Shown here: positions 46,778-57,789 of the stretch, one piece after another
Layout of the letters: every line of letters begins with the position of its first letter
How positions within the stretch are numbered: position 1 is the first letter of the stretch
NCBI GenBank assembly: GCA_965213685.1
Contig: CBDBZY010000003.1
Coordinates: forward strand, 256,001-320,000
Length of the DNA: 64,000 bases
Direction of reading: 5' to 3'
From: a bacterium
GTDB taxonomy: Bacteria > UBA8248
Notes under the pieces: generated by a model
The model's database searches: none
What the model was told of the DNA's origin: nothing
What the model saw: only the letters and a program-made list of their open reading frames with translations
Position numbers and translations under genes: made by a program

Positions 46778-47269
46778 ATGGCGGAATCTTTGGAGGAGCA
46801 GGTCGGAGCGCACCTGGGGGACAGGGGCTGGCGCATCGCTACGGCGGAGAGCTGCACGGGCGGACTCATAGCCAGCCGCATCACCGATGTCTCGGGCAGC
46901 TCCGCCTATTTCGAGCAGGGCTTCATCACCTACAGCAACGAGGCGAAAATGGCGCTTCTGGGCGTGCCGCCGGAGATCGTGGCGACCGAGGGGGGGCCGG
47001 GTGCGGTGAGTGCGGCCTGCGCGCGCGCGATGGCCGAGGGCGTTCGCAGGGCGTCGGGGAGCGAGGTCGGCCTCTCCGTCACCGGCATCGCCGGCCCTTC
47101 GGGCGGAAGCCCCGAGAAGCCGGTGGGCACGGTGTACATGGCCGTCGCCCTGCCCGCGGGCGTCGCCTGCCGGCGCCACCTGTTCCATGGCTCCCGCCTG
47201 GAGGTGAAGGCCCAGGCGGTGCGGGCCGCACTCGAGATGGCCCGCGACGCCCTGGAGGCGTCCGACTGA
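46778..47269 (+). CDS. cinA: CinA C-terminal domain (NMN deamidase, PncC-like)
   Basis: AESCTGG, YSNEAK, GAVS, TGIAGP, KPVGTV. Confidence 0.93.
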   Translation: MAESLEEQVGAHLGDRGWRIATAESCTGGLIASRITDVSGSSAYFEQGFITYSNEAKMALLGVPPEIVATEGGPGAVSAACARAMAEGVRRASGSEVGLSVTGIAGPSGGSPEKPVGTVYMAVALPAGVACRRHLFHGSRLEVKAQAVRAALEMARDALEASD

Positions 47270-47354
47270 GATTTTCCCGAAAGCGCGCGGGTGCGATGGC
47301 GGGGGCTTTCTCATGCCCCCGAAAGCGTCCGTCCGATGGGAAGGAGGGCAGCCT

Positions 47355-47933
47355 GTGCGCGCCTTTCTGGCGATTCCGTTCCGCGCCGATGCGCATCGGC
47401 TCCTGAAATCGCTTCAGGAGTCGCTGTCCACCATGCCCGCCCTCGGCGATTTTCGCTGGGTGCGGCCGGAGAACACGCACGTCACCCTGCGCTTTCTGGG
47501 CGACGTCGGCGAGGAGCGGGCGGAGGCGGCGGCGGACGCGCTGCGTCGCGCGGCAGCGGGCGCACCCACCTTTGACGTTCCTCTGGAGCGTTTTGGCGTC
47601 TTTCCGCACCTCAGGCGTCCGGGTGCGCTCTGGGCGGGTCCCGCCGAGACGCCGGAGCCTCTCGCGCAGCTTGTGGCGCGTCTTTCCCGTCATCTGGCCG
47701 AGGCGGGGTTTCCTGCCGGGGAGGGGCGGCGCTTCCGCGCGCATGTGACGCTGGCGCGGCGCCGCTCCCGCCGTCGTCCGCCCGCGAGCATGGAGGGGGA
47801 GCTGGAGGTCGCCGAGCGGCGGTGGCTGACGCCCCCGCCCGTCTTCCGCGCGCGCGAGGCCGCGCTCTTCCGAAGCGAACTCCTCCCCTCCGGCGCCACC
47901 CACGCAGCACTCGCGCGGGTGCCGCTGGGCTAG
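47355..47933 (+). CDS. thpR: RNA 2',3'-cyclic phosphodiesterase
   Basis: Two HxT motifs (HVTLRFLG, HVTLAR); conserved position before recA. Confidence 0.92.
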   Translation: MRAFLAIPFRADAHRLLKSLQESLSTMPALGDFRWVRPENTHVTLRFLGDVGEERAEAAADALRRAAAGAPTFDVPLERFGVFPHLRRPGALWAGPAETPEPLAQLVARLSRHLAEAGFPAGEGRRFRAHVTLARRRSRRRPPASMEGELEVAERRWLTPPPVFRAREAALFRSELLPSGATHAALARVPLG

Positions 47934-47987
47934 GCAGAGCCAGAGGACAGGGTGGGAGGATGGCGCGGCCTCGGCGCATGATCAGGG

Positions 47988-48160
47988 ATGATGCCCGATA
48001 ACGGCGAGGAGGACGAGCCATGTCCGTGGGGCGGGAGAAGATTTGACGAGCTTTCCGAGGAACTGAAAGACCGACTGCGGAGCCACAAGGTTGTTGCCTA
48101 CGAGATTGCCACCGAGAATGAAAACTCGATAAGAGACTTGTTCATCCGCCTGCAAGGCGG
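47988..48160 (+). pseudogene. remnant of the C-terminal part of a DUF262 (GmrS/ParB-like) domain
   Basis: FDELSEELK...YEI...IRDLFIRLQGG resembles the F-x-R-L-N/Q-x-G motif; N-terminus absent; abuts HNH ORF out of frame. Confidence 0.55.
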
Positions 48161-48943
48161 GTGGATTCTCTCCTGGATGAGTATGTCGATGGGACGTGGG
48201 AGTCCAGGCTGGCCGGCAAGTTGCATACATTTGAAGCGCGATGCAAGGAAGCGGCCAAGGCGGAGAAAGAGCACCAGGACACGGAATATGCTGGATATTA
48301 TAGAGAATACGCTCAACTGACGAAGACGTCGGCTGATCAGGCGTCTACAATTCGGAGGAGGCACGCCTTTTTCGCCCAGGAAATGCTGAAGCTGCTCTCT
48401 CCGAAGAAACGGGACCCGAGGCGATCATTTACCGATTTTGAGCGGCAGGCGGTGTTCTATCGGGATGCGATGTTGTGTCAATACTGCAGGATGAGTGGAG
48501 GAGATGACCACAGGGTGTCGTGGGAAGAGGCGCAGGCGCACCACGTCCGTCCTCACAACGAGGGCGGGGCAACCAGCATCGAGAACGCGGCGCTGGTCCA
48601 TCGGGATTGTCATCCGAAGGGTCCGCAGGCCGTCAGGGAATTTCAGAATTGGTGGGGGAGAAGAACCTCAAATGGACGCAGCTCCACGAATGGCGGGAGC
48701 CTCCCCCGTTCCTTTCCGCCACCGGATGGCACAAAGGCGAGGTTCCGCTATAAGCGCCGGGACTTCCATGGGGAGATTCGGGACGGGAAGCTGGTTGTGA
48801 ACGGAACGCCCTATGGAAGTTTCTCCGGTGCATCGGGGGCGGTCAGCGGCGGTAAATTCGGGAACGGATGGAAAGCTTGGAAGTTGCAGCTCCCGGATGA
48901 GGAAGACTGGACGTTGGCCGACGAATGGAGGTGGCGGGGCTAG
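48161..48943 (+). CDS. HNH endonuclease with C-terminal RAMA-like domain
   Basis: RD..CQYC, HHVRPHNEGGATSIENAALVHRDCH; GKLVVNGTPYGSFSGAS...NGWKAW. Confidence 0.75.
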   Translation: MDSLLDEYVDGTWESRLAGKLHTFEARCKEAAKAEKEHQDTEYAGYYREYAQLTKTSADQASTIRRRHAFFAQEMLKLLSPKKRDPRRSFTDFERQAVFYRDAMLCQYCRMSGGDDHRVSWEEAQAHHVRPHNEGGATSIENAALVHRDCHPKGPQAVREFQNWWGRRTSNGRSSTNGGSLPRSFPPPDGTKARFRYKRRDFHGEIRDGKLVVNGTPYGSFSGASGAVSGGKFGNGWKAWKLQLPDEEDWTLADEWRWRG

Positions 48944-49054
48944 AAAGTTCTTTTCCTGAAAACCCCCGCCCCCGAAGAATTCCTGGGAGGTGCCCCCTGT
49001 GCGTCTGCATGTGCCGCGAATCGTCGAATTTTTGCGGATTTTCGCTTTTTATAC

Positions 49055-49084
49055 TTGACCATCACGAGCGGATTCGCGTATATT
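49055..49084 (+). promoter_or_regulatory. putative recA promoter
   Basis: TTGACC-N18-TATATT with T-rich upstream tract. Confidence 0.5.
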
Positions 49085-49123
49085 TGGCGAAAGTGAGCCG
49101 CCGCCCTCCCGGATAGCCCGACT

Positions 49124-49210
49124 GATGCGGACGTCGGGAGGTGACGACCGCGTTCTCTCATCTCGTCGGCGTCGGGACGCCTCGATGCGGACGTCGGGAG
49201 GTGACGGCCG
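49124..49210 (+). repeat. 27 bp direct repeat, two copies, 60 bp period, in recA leader
   Basis: GATGCGGACGTCGGGAGGTGACG(A/G)CCG at 49124 and 49184. Confidence 0.92.
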
Positions 49211-49315
49211 TCCCGTGCGGGTCTCGTTGCGAAGAAAGGGCAAATCCCCTACATTCGGCGCATGTCCGCCGTCGCCCGGACCGGCGCGCATTCCTTCATT
49301 CAAGGGAGTTTTCCG

Positions 49316-50410
<1,095 letters not shown>

Positions 50411-50473
50411 GAGCGAGGCTGGAAGCAGGCCGAACGCGACAGAGCGGATGAGAATCGCGCCCTAATCGGATGA

Positions 50474-51331
50474 TTGGGGGAAAGGTCGCCTTATAAAACA
50501 TCCGCCATACGAGGATTTGGTGGCGTGAGGTTTGATTGCTTCTACACGAATCGGGCAATCGCGGCGAAGTGTTTTGATTTCGTTCAGGAGAGTTGCGGAA
50601 AAGATTTTACTTTATGGGTTGAGCCTTCGGCGGGGGAAGGTGCGTTTCTTGATATGATGCCGGAACCGAAGATCGGGATTGATATTCAGGAATCGAAGCA
50701 TCCTGAAATCAAAACGGCAAATTTTCTCGAATGGGAACCCCCGGTCAACACGGGCAAAATCATCACCATGGGCAATCCCCCTTTTGGGAAAAACTCCAGC
50801 TTGGCGGTCAGGTTCTTCAATCATGCCGCACGTTTTTCCGATACGATAGCCATGATATTTCCGCGCACGTTTCAGAAGGCAAGCATAATAAATCGGTTGC
50901 ACAAGAATTTTCATATGATAGCCGAGATGGGTATTCCGCCTGAATCATTCACCTTATCAGGCAACCCGTATTCAGTTCCTTGTGCCTTTCAGGTATGGGG
51001 GAAAAAGGCGTCCCTAAGACCATGCCTTGATTCCCCCATGACACATACTGATTTTCATTTCACCACCATGGACATGGCGGATTTCGCATTGCAGAGAGTC
51101 GGGGTGAATGCCGGTGCCGTGAAAATGAATATGCGAATCCTTTCCCCGAATTCGCACTATTTCATCCGGGAATGCGTTTCAGGCGTAAAGGACATACTTC
51201 AATCCATAGACTGGGGAGAAGTGAAATACAAAACGGCGGGCAATCCATCGTTGGCAAAGCCGGAGGTTGTTTCGCTTTATTCTCGATACAAGCGGGAATT
51301 GTATCATAGCACGCAACGTGTATTCACCTGA
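50474..51331 (+). CDS. orphan SAM-dependent (probably DNA amino-) methyltransferase, AT-rich
   Basis: D.FYT, EPSAGEGAF (motif I), GNPPFG (motif IV); markedly lower GC than flanks; start uncertain. Confidence 0.8.
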   Translation: MGERSPYKTSAIRGFGGVRFDCFYTNRAIAAKCFDFVQESCGKDFTLWVEPSAGEGAFLDMMPEPKIGIDIQESKHPEIKTANFLEWEPPVNTGKIITMGNPPFGKNSSLAVRFFNHAARFSDTIAMIFPRTFQKASIINRLHKNFHMIAEMGIPPESFTLSGNPYSVPCAFQVWGKKASLRPCLDSPMTHTDFHFTTMDMADFALQRVGVNAGAVKMNMRILSPNSHYFIRECVSGVKDILQSIDWGEVKYKTAGNPSLAKPEVVSLYSRYKRELYHSTQRVFT

Positions 51332-51474
51332 CATACCCGAAAAAATACGACTGCTGCGCTTGACGGGGGGGATTGTCCCCTGCGGATTTGCTTCCGCGCG
51401 GACGATGGGCTAGTTAAGATGATGGAAATCGGCGCGCCAGGCGCGCAGGCGTCCACTCCAACCGGGAACCTCTC

Positions 51475-51984
51475 ATGCCCGTTTTGGAAATTCTCACATA
51501 TCCGGCGCCCGTCCTTCGCCGGAAATGTCGCCCCGTGGAGGCGATCACGGCGCGGGTGCGCGCATTGGCGGCCGCGATGCTCGACACCCTCCATGACGCC
51601 CCCGGAGTCGGCCTCGCCGCTCCCCAGGTGGGCGAGGGAATCCGTTTGATCGTGGTGGACGTCTCGGTCGGGAAGGACCCGGAGCAGGCGCATTCCCTCA
51701 TCAATCCGGCGCTCGAAAGCGCGCAAGGCGAGCGGATCGTGGAGGAGGGGTGCCTCTCGCTGCCGGGCGTGAGCGAGAAGATTCGCCGACATGAAGCGGT
51801 GCGGGTGCGGGCGTGCAACTTGAGAGGCGAGGAGGTGCTCCTCGACGCGCGCGGGGTTCTCGCCTTCGCCCTCCAGCACGAGATCGATCATCTCGACGGC
51901 AGGCTCATCCTGGATCGCCTCAACAAGACGAAGCGAGAGCTCATCAAGCGGCGCCTCAAAAGGCAGGCGAGGGCCGCCTCCTAG
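51475..51984 (+). CDS. def: peptide deformylase
   Basis: GVGLAAPQVG, EGCLS, QHEIDHLDG. Confidence 0.98.
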   Translation: MPVLEILTYPAPVLRRKCRPVEAITARVRALAAAMLDTLHDAPGVGLAAPQVGEGIRLIVVDVSVGKDPEQAHSLINPALESAQGERIVEEGCLSLPGVSEKIRRHEAVRVRACNLRGEEVLLDARGVLAFALQHEIDHLDGRLILDRLNKTKRELIKRRLKRQARAAS

Positions 51985-52077
51985 GTAGTTTCCCCCCTCT
52001 TCTGTTGTATGATCGTTTCGTGGCTGCGCAGCACGGCTCTCGCCGGCGCGTGCGCGCCCTTTCCCGGGAGTGGAGCG

Positions 52078-53025
52078 ATGCGAGCGGTCTTCCTCGGCAC
52101 ATCCGGGTTCGCGGTGCCGGCACTCGAGGCGCTGGCGGCGTCCCCCATGGAGATAGCGGCCGTGTTCACGCAGCCGGACAGGCCTACGGGGAGGGGGCGG
52201 AAGCGCACCCCGCCGCCCGTCAAGGCGCGCGCCCTCGAAGCGGGGCTGCCCGTCCTGCAGCCGGAGAAAATTCGCGCGGCCGACGTCGCCGCGCACCGAC
52301 CCGACGTGGGGGTCGCGGCGGCCTACGGCCAGATTTTGAGCAGGCGGCTGCTGGGCGTCCCCCGGCTGGGGGTGCTGAACCTGCATCCCTCGCTTCTCCC
52401 GCGCTGGCGGGGGGCGGCGCCCATTCCGCGCGCCTTGCTGGCGGGGGATGCCGAGACGGGAGTCTGCGTGATGCGCCTCGTGCCGGAACTCGACGCCGGG
52501 CCGGTGCTCGCGAGGCGCGCCGCGCCCATCGAGCCGAGGGATACCTCCGGCGCGCTTCACGACAGGTTGGCCGCCCTGGGTGCGGAGCTGATGGTGGCGA
52601 CGCTGCGCAGGCTGGATCGTGGGGAGGCGGAGGAGAAGCCCCAGGATGAATCGCTGGTCACCTACGCGGAGAAGCTGCGAAAAGAGGAGGCCAGGCTCGA
52701 CTGGAGCCTGTCGGCGCGCCGTCTCGACAGGCTGATCCGGGGGTTCAACCCCTGGCCGGTGGCCGAGACGGAGTGGCCGGGCCTGCCGAACGGGCCGGTG
52801 CGTATATGGCGGGCCTGTCCGCTGGCGGGCGCGCCTGCGGGCACCGCCGGCGAGATTCTGGGAATGGCCGAATCCCCCGAGGGGGAGGGCATCCGCGTGT
52901 CCACGGGCGCGGGCGATTTGGTGATTCTGGAGCTCCAGCCGCCGGGCAGGAGGAAGATGGACGCGCCGTCTTTCGCCAGGGGGTATCCGTGCCGGCCCTC
53001 CCTCGTGCTCGGAGATGGGCGGTGA
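52078..53025 (+). CDS. fmt: methionyl-tRNA formyltransferase
   Basis: TQPDRP, AYGQIL, NLHPSLLPRWRGAAPI, LDAGP. Confidence 0.97.
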   Translation: MRAVFLGTSGFAVPALEALAASPMEIAAVFTQPDRPTGRGRKRTPPPVKARALEAGLPVLQPEKIRAADVAAHRPDVGVAAAYGQILSRRLLGVPRLGVLNLHPSLLPRWRGAAPIPRALLAGDAETGVCVMRLVPELDAGPVLARRAAPIEPRDTSGALHDRLAALGAELMVATLRRLDRGEAEEKPQDESLVTYAEKLRKEEARLDWSLSARRLDRLIRGFNPWPVAETEWPGLPNGPVRIWRACPLAGAPAGTAGEILGMAESPEGEGIRVSTGAGDLVILELQPPGRRKMDAPSFARGYPCRPSLVLGDGR

Positions 53026-54384
53026 GCCGCGCCTCCGCCCCGTCCGGGGAGGGCGCGCGCTCGGCCGATCCCGTCCGGCGGGCCGCCCACGCCGCCTTGC
53101 TCTCCTTCGGGAAAACCCCGGTTCCCGCCGACCTGCTGGTGAGGCGATTCTCCGCGGCGGATTTCGACGCGCGCGACCGGGCGTTTTTGCGCGAACTGAT
53201 CTTCGGCGTCTTGCGGTGGAGAAGCCGTCTGGATTTTGTGTATGGCCATTTTTTGCGCAAACCCGGCCTGGCACCCCCCGTGCGGGAGGCGTTGCGGCTG
53301 GGAACCTACCAGCTGCTGTTCACGGATCGCGTCCCCCGCGCACAGCGCGGTGGATGGCGCCGTCCGTCTGCTGAGTCGCCATGATCTGGGCTGGGCGAGG
53401 GGACTGGCGAACGCGGTCTTGCGCAGGGTGGCGGCGCGCGACGTTCCCCCGCCGCGGGACGTGGAGGATTATCTGACCCTCTGGGAGTCCCACCCGAGAT
53501 GGCTGGTGAGGCGCTGGGTGCGGGAGCTCGGGGAGGAGGGGGCGCTGCGCCGCTGCCGGGCCAATAACCGGGAGGCGCCGGTCGTCTTGCGCGCGAATAC
53601 GCGGGTCGCGAGCCGCGAAGTCCTGATGGCGCAGCTCAAGCGCGAGGGCCTCGCCACGCGGGCGGGCCGCGCCGATCCCGATTGCCTGGCGTTCCTCGCG
53701 AACGAGAGCGCCCCCGGGGTGCGCTTGAGCGATACGGCGGCCTATCGGGAGGGCCAGTTTGTCGTCATGGACGAGGCGTCGAGCCTGGCGGTGCGCTTCG
53801 CCGGCCCCGCTGCGGGGGAGAGGGTTCTGGACGCCTGCGCGGCGCCGGGAGGAAAGACGGCTTGCCTCGCCTGGGCCGCGGGGGAGGGAGGGAGCGTCGT
53901 GGCGGGGGACAGCGCGTCGCGTCGCCTCGTCCGCCTCCGGGAGAACTGTGCTAGGATTCGGGCGGAGGTGGAGATTTTGCGGATGGACGCGAGAAACCCG
54001 CCTTTTCGCCGACAATTCGACCTGGTTCTGGTGGATGCGCCCTGTAGCGGGCTGGGCGTACTCAGGCGGCACCCCGACGCGAGGTGGCGCGCGGGAGAAG
54101 GGGCGTTGGCGGCGCAGGCGGCGCGGCAGGCGGCGATTCTGCGAGGGGCGGCCAGCGCGGTGCGGCGAGGGGGCAAACTGGCGTATGCGGTTTGCTCGAA
54201 CGAGCCCGAGGAAACCGAAAGCGTCGCTTCTTCTTTTCAGGAGCCCGGGTTTGTCCCCGTATGGGACGGGGGCGCCCTTCCGGCGGGCGCGCAACAATTT
54301 CTGGGCGCCGACGGAGCGCTGCGGATCGCCCCGGAAACGGGACTGGACGGCTTTTTCGCCATGAGCTGGCGCAAAGAGGGCTAG
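53022..54384 (+). CDS. rsmB: 16S rRNA m5C967 methyltransferase (frameshift near 53335)
   Basis: NusB-like N-terminus (LRLGTYQL, NAVLR), DACAAPGGKT, DAPCSGLG. Confidence 0.92.
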
Positions 54385-54386
54385 CG

Positions 54387-55325
54387 TTGCTGCGCGGGAT
54401 ACTCAAGGGCCTTCTGTGGACGGCGCTCCTCGTCTCGCTCGGCGGTGCGGGCGGCGTGGCGGGGCTCTACCTGTTCCGGGGGGGAGAGGGCGTCTTCCTG
54501 CCCCAGGTCGCGGGCCTCGACGTGGTGCGCGCACTGGAGCTGCTCGGTGAGAAGGGCATACCCATGCAGGTGGCCGGGCGCGTTTTCAGCGACGCGGTGC
54601 CCATGAACCATGTCGCGCGCCAGAATCCGCCCGGCGGGCGCCGCATCCGCAGGGGGAGAATCGTCTCCCTCGTCCTCAGCAAGGGTTCGCGGGACGTGGC
54701 GGTGCCTGCGGTGCGGGGAGAAAACCTGAGCCGCGCGGAGACCCTCATCCGCCTGCAGGGGCTTCGGGTGCGCCTGGTGGAGAGATTGTTCGACCCCAGA
54801 CGGCCCGTCGACCAGGTGGTGGGCGTCTGGCCGAGCGAGGGGACGAACGTCAGGCGCGGCGACGGGGTGGTTCTCGTCGTCAGCCAGGGGCCGCGCGACC
54901 GGGCGTACGTCATGCCCTCCCTCATCGGAGAGCCCGTCAACAAGGCACTTGATCGGGTGCGCGCGCTTGGCCTCTCGGCCGGGCGCGTTCGCTACGTGGA
55001 TCGTCCGGGCACCCTGCGCGGCTCCATCGTTTCGCAAATACCGCCGCCCGGCCAGCGCGTCCTCGCGGGCCAGCGCGTTCACGTGGACGTGGCGCGCGGA
55101 GGGGATCAGATTGCGGGAAATTTCATCGTCCTGCGCTACCGCGTGCCGCGCGGAAGGCCGCAGCGCAAACTTCGCGTGGAGGTGGAATCGAACGGCGAGA
55201 CGCGCGAGAAGCTGGCCCGCAGCGTGCGCGCGGGCGAGGAGATTCACCTGCTGGTGCGGGTGAAGGGCAGGACGACGGCGCGCATATTTCTGGATGACCG
55301 ATTGGTCGAGGAGCAGGCGCATTAG
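54387..55325 (+). CDS. membrane-anchored PASTA domain protein (three PASTA repeats)
   Basis: N-terminal TM; repeated P.V.G...A...L...Q.P.G...V.L.VS.G units. Confidence 0.85.
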   Translation: MLRGILKGLLWTALLVSLGGAGGVAGLYLFRGGEGVFLPQVAGLDVVRALELLGEKGIPMQVAGRVFSDAVPMNHVARQNPPGGRRIRRGRIVSLVLSKGSRDVAVPAVRGENLSRAETLIRLQGLRVRLVERLFDPRRPVDQVVGVWPSEGTNVRRGDGVVLVVSQGPRDRAYVMPSLIGEPVNKALDRVRALGLSAGRVRYVDRPGTLRGSIVSQIPPPGQRVLAGQRVHVDVARGGDQIAGNFIVLRYRVPRGRPQRKLRVEVESNGETREKLARSVRAGEEIHLLVRVKGRTTARIFLDDRLVEEQAH

Positions 55326-55339
55326 GCGGGGAAATCGAC

Positions 55340-56017
55340 ATGCCCAGGCCCGACATGACGCCCGGAACAATTCGCGTGGCGCCCTCTTTGCTCTCCTGTG
55401 CTTTCGAGAGAATGGGGGAGGAGATAGGCGCGGTGCGCGCGGCCGGAGCGGACTGGCTGCATTTTGACGTCATGGACGGCCATTTCGTGCCGAACATCTC
55501 CGTGGGGCCTTTGGGGGTGCGGGCGGCGAGAAGAGCCGCCCCGGAGGCGCCACTCGACGTGCATCTGATGATTTCGGAGCCGGACCGGTATGTCGACGCC
55601 TTCGCGGACGCGGGCGCCGACATCTTGACGGTCCACGTAGAGGCCTCGCGACACATTCACCGCACCCTCCAGAACATACGCGGGGCCGGCCTGGGCGTCG
55701 GGCTGACCCTGAACCCCGGAACGCCGCTTCTGGCGATAGAGGATTTGCTCGCGGAGGTGGACATGGTGCTTGTCATGAGCGTCAATCCGGGTTTTGGCGG
55801 CCAGGGCTTCATCCCGGCCTCACTGGAGCGCATCCGGCGCGTGCGAAAGATGGTTCAGGAGCGGGGCCTGTCGGTCCTGATAGAGGTCGACGGCGGCGTC
55901 ACCCCCCGGAATGCGGCGGAGATACGCGCGGCGGGCGCCGAGGCGCTCGTGGCCGGCTCCGCCGTGTTCCGGGCGAAAGACTACGCGGAGGCCATACGCG
56001 GGATCAGGGGCGGCTGA
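55340..56017 (+). CDS. rpe: ribulose-phosphate 3-epimerase
   Basis: HFDVMDGHFVPN, DVHLM, MSVNPGFGGQ, VDGG. Confidence 0.98.
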   Translation: MPRPDMTPGTIRVAPSLLSCAFERMGEEIGAVRAAGADWLHFDVMDGHFVPNISVGPLGVRAARRAAPEAPLDVHLMISEPDRYVDAFADAGADILTVHVEASRHIHRTLQNIRGAGLGVGLTLNPGTPLLAIEDLLAEVDMVLVMSVNPGFGGQGFIPASLERIRRVRKMVQERGLSVLIEVDGGVTPRNAAEIRAAGAEALVAGSAVFRAKDYAEAIRGIRGG

Positions 56018-56087
56018 TCCCCCAGCCGCTTTCGGGCCGCGGCCCGTTTTCCGCGCGGGATTGTGGAGCGGCTGGACGCGCGCCCGG

Positions 56088-56117
56088 TTGACAGGCTCCC
56101 TGGAAAATCCTTATAAG
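56088..56117 (+). promoter_or_regulatory. putative sigma70 promoter of the ffh operon
   Basis: TTGACA-N18-TATAAG. Confidence 0.6.
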
Positions 56118-56188
56118 TTTGTTTCCTCACCCGGCCTTGCGGGGATGCAATCAAAAACACATCCGACATCAATCGCTTGGGGTGTTCG

Positions 56189-57523
56189 ATGTTTGACGGA
56201 TTGAAGGAGCGCCTCGGCGGAATCTTCAAGGAACTGAAGAGCCGGGGCGTCCTGGGAGAAAAGCAGGTCGATTCCGCCCTCCGCGAGATTCGCCTGGCGC
56301 TGCTCGAGGCGGACGTCCATTTTCGGGTCGCCAAGGAGCTGGTGGCGAAAATTCGCGGGGATTTGGTCGGCTCCGAGCGCGTGGCGCACCTCGACCCTTC
56401 CCAGCAGGTCATCAAGGCCGTTCACGGGCGCCTTACGGAGTTGATGGGGAGCAGGAGCACGCCGCTGGCGCGCGCGTCGGGCGGCGTGACCACGCTGATG
56501 CTCGTCGGACTCCAGGGGTCGGGAAAAACGACGACGGCCGGGAAGATCGCCCGGAAACTCAGGAGCAGGGGATTGCGCGTCCTCCTGGTGCCGGCGGACG
56601 TCGCGCGGCCGGCGGCCATCGCCCAGCTGAAGAGGCTGGCTGCGCAGGCCGGCGTCGATTCGTTTGATTCCGAGGGCATGTCGAGTCCCCTGGAGATCGT
56701 CCAGCGCGCCGCTGCGCGCGCCCGGCGGGAGCATTTTGATTACTGCATCGTGGACAGCGCGGGCAGGCTGCACGCCGATGAGGAGTTGATGGATGAGCTG
56801 GGGCGGATGAAGGAGGCGGCACGCCCCGAGGAGGTGCTTCTGGTCGCGGACGCGATGACGGGCCAGGAGGCGGTCGGCCTGGGGCAGGCGTTTTCCGAGC
56901 GGGTCGGCATCACGGGCGTCGTGCTGACGAAGCTCGACGGCGACGCCAGGGGCGGCGGGGCGCTCTCGCTGCGATCGGTGACGGGCGTGCCCGTCAAGAT
57001 GGTCGGCGTGGGCGAGAAGCTCGACGCGCTCGAGGATTTTCACCCCGAGAGAATGGCCTCGCGCATCCTGGGCATGGGGGACGTCATGTCCCTCATCGAG
57101 AAGGCGGAGGCCGCCCTCTCCGCCGGGGACGCGCAGTCCGTGGCGGCGTCCTTCGGAAAAGGGGCGTTCACCCTCGAGACGATGAAAGAGCAGATACTGC
57201 AAATGCGAAAGATGGGGTCCATGGGCGATATCATGTCCATGATCCCGGGCCTGGGAGGCAGGATGCCCGACGTGGAGGTGGACGAGAGAGAGCTGGGGCG
57301 CGCGGTGGCCATCATCGATTCGATGACGCCCGGCGAGCGCAGGAAGCCCGAGATCATCAAGGGCAGCCGCAGAAAGCGCATCGCGACCGGCAGCGGAACC
57401 CAGGTGCGCGACGTGAACCGGCTGCTCAGGCAATTCTCGCAAACGCAGAAGATGATGAAGCAATTTTCCAGGGGCGGCAAGAAAAAACAGATGCAGAGAA
57501 TGCGTCAGATGCTGAACTTTTGA
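56189..57523 (+). CDS. ffh: signal recognition particle protein
   Basis: ALLEADV, GLQGSGKTT, DSAGR, TKLDGDARGG, RILGMGD, Met-rich M domain. Confidence 0.98.
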   Translation: MFDGLKERLGGIFKELKSRGVLGEKQVDSALREIRLALLEADVHFRVAKELVAKIRGDLVGSERVAHLDPSQQVIKAVHGRLTELMGSRSTPLARASGGVTTLMLVGLQGSGKTTTAGKIARKLRSRGLRVLLVPADVARPAAIAQLKRLAAQAGVDSFDSEGMSSPLEIVQRAAARARREHFDYCIVDSAGRLHADEELMDELGRMKEAARPEEVLLVADAMTGQEAVGLGQAFSERVGITGVVLTKLDGDARGGGALSLRSVTGVPVKMVGVGEKLDALEDFHPERMASRILGMGDVMSLIEKAEAALSAGDAQSVAASFGKGAFTLETMKEQILQMRKMGSMGDIMSMIPGLGGRMPDVEVDERELGRAVAIIDSMTPGERRKPEIIKGSRRKRIATGSGTQVRDVNRLLRQFSQTQKMMKQFSRGGKKKQMQRMRQMLNF

Positions 57524-57534
57524 GGAGAGACACG

Positions 57535-57780
57535 TTGAGCGTGAAGATCAGACTGGCACGGGGCGGCATGAAAAAGGCGCCGCGCTACCGCGTCGTCGTG
57601 CAGGATGGGCGCATGCCGCGCGACGGCCGCTTCATCGAGAGCATCGGGCGCTACGATCCGTCGCAGGATCCTGCGTTTATCGGCATCGACCTCGAGAGGG
57701 CGCGGGCGTGGATAGGGAAGGGCGCCATCCCGACCCGGACGGTGCAGAACCTTCTGGACAAGGCGGGCATCAACGATTAG
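57535..57780 (+). CDS. rpsP: 30S ribosomal protein S16
   Basis: VKIRLARGG, RDGRFIESIGRYDP, GAIPT. Confidence 0.97.
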   Translation: MSVKIRLARGGMKKAPRYRVVVQDGRMPRDGRFIESIGRYDPSQDPAFIGIDLERARAWIGKGAIPTRTVQNLLDKAGIND

Positions 57781-57789
57781 GGGCGCCCC

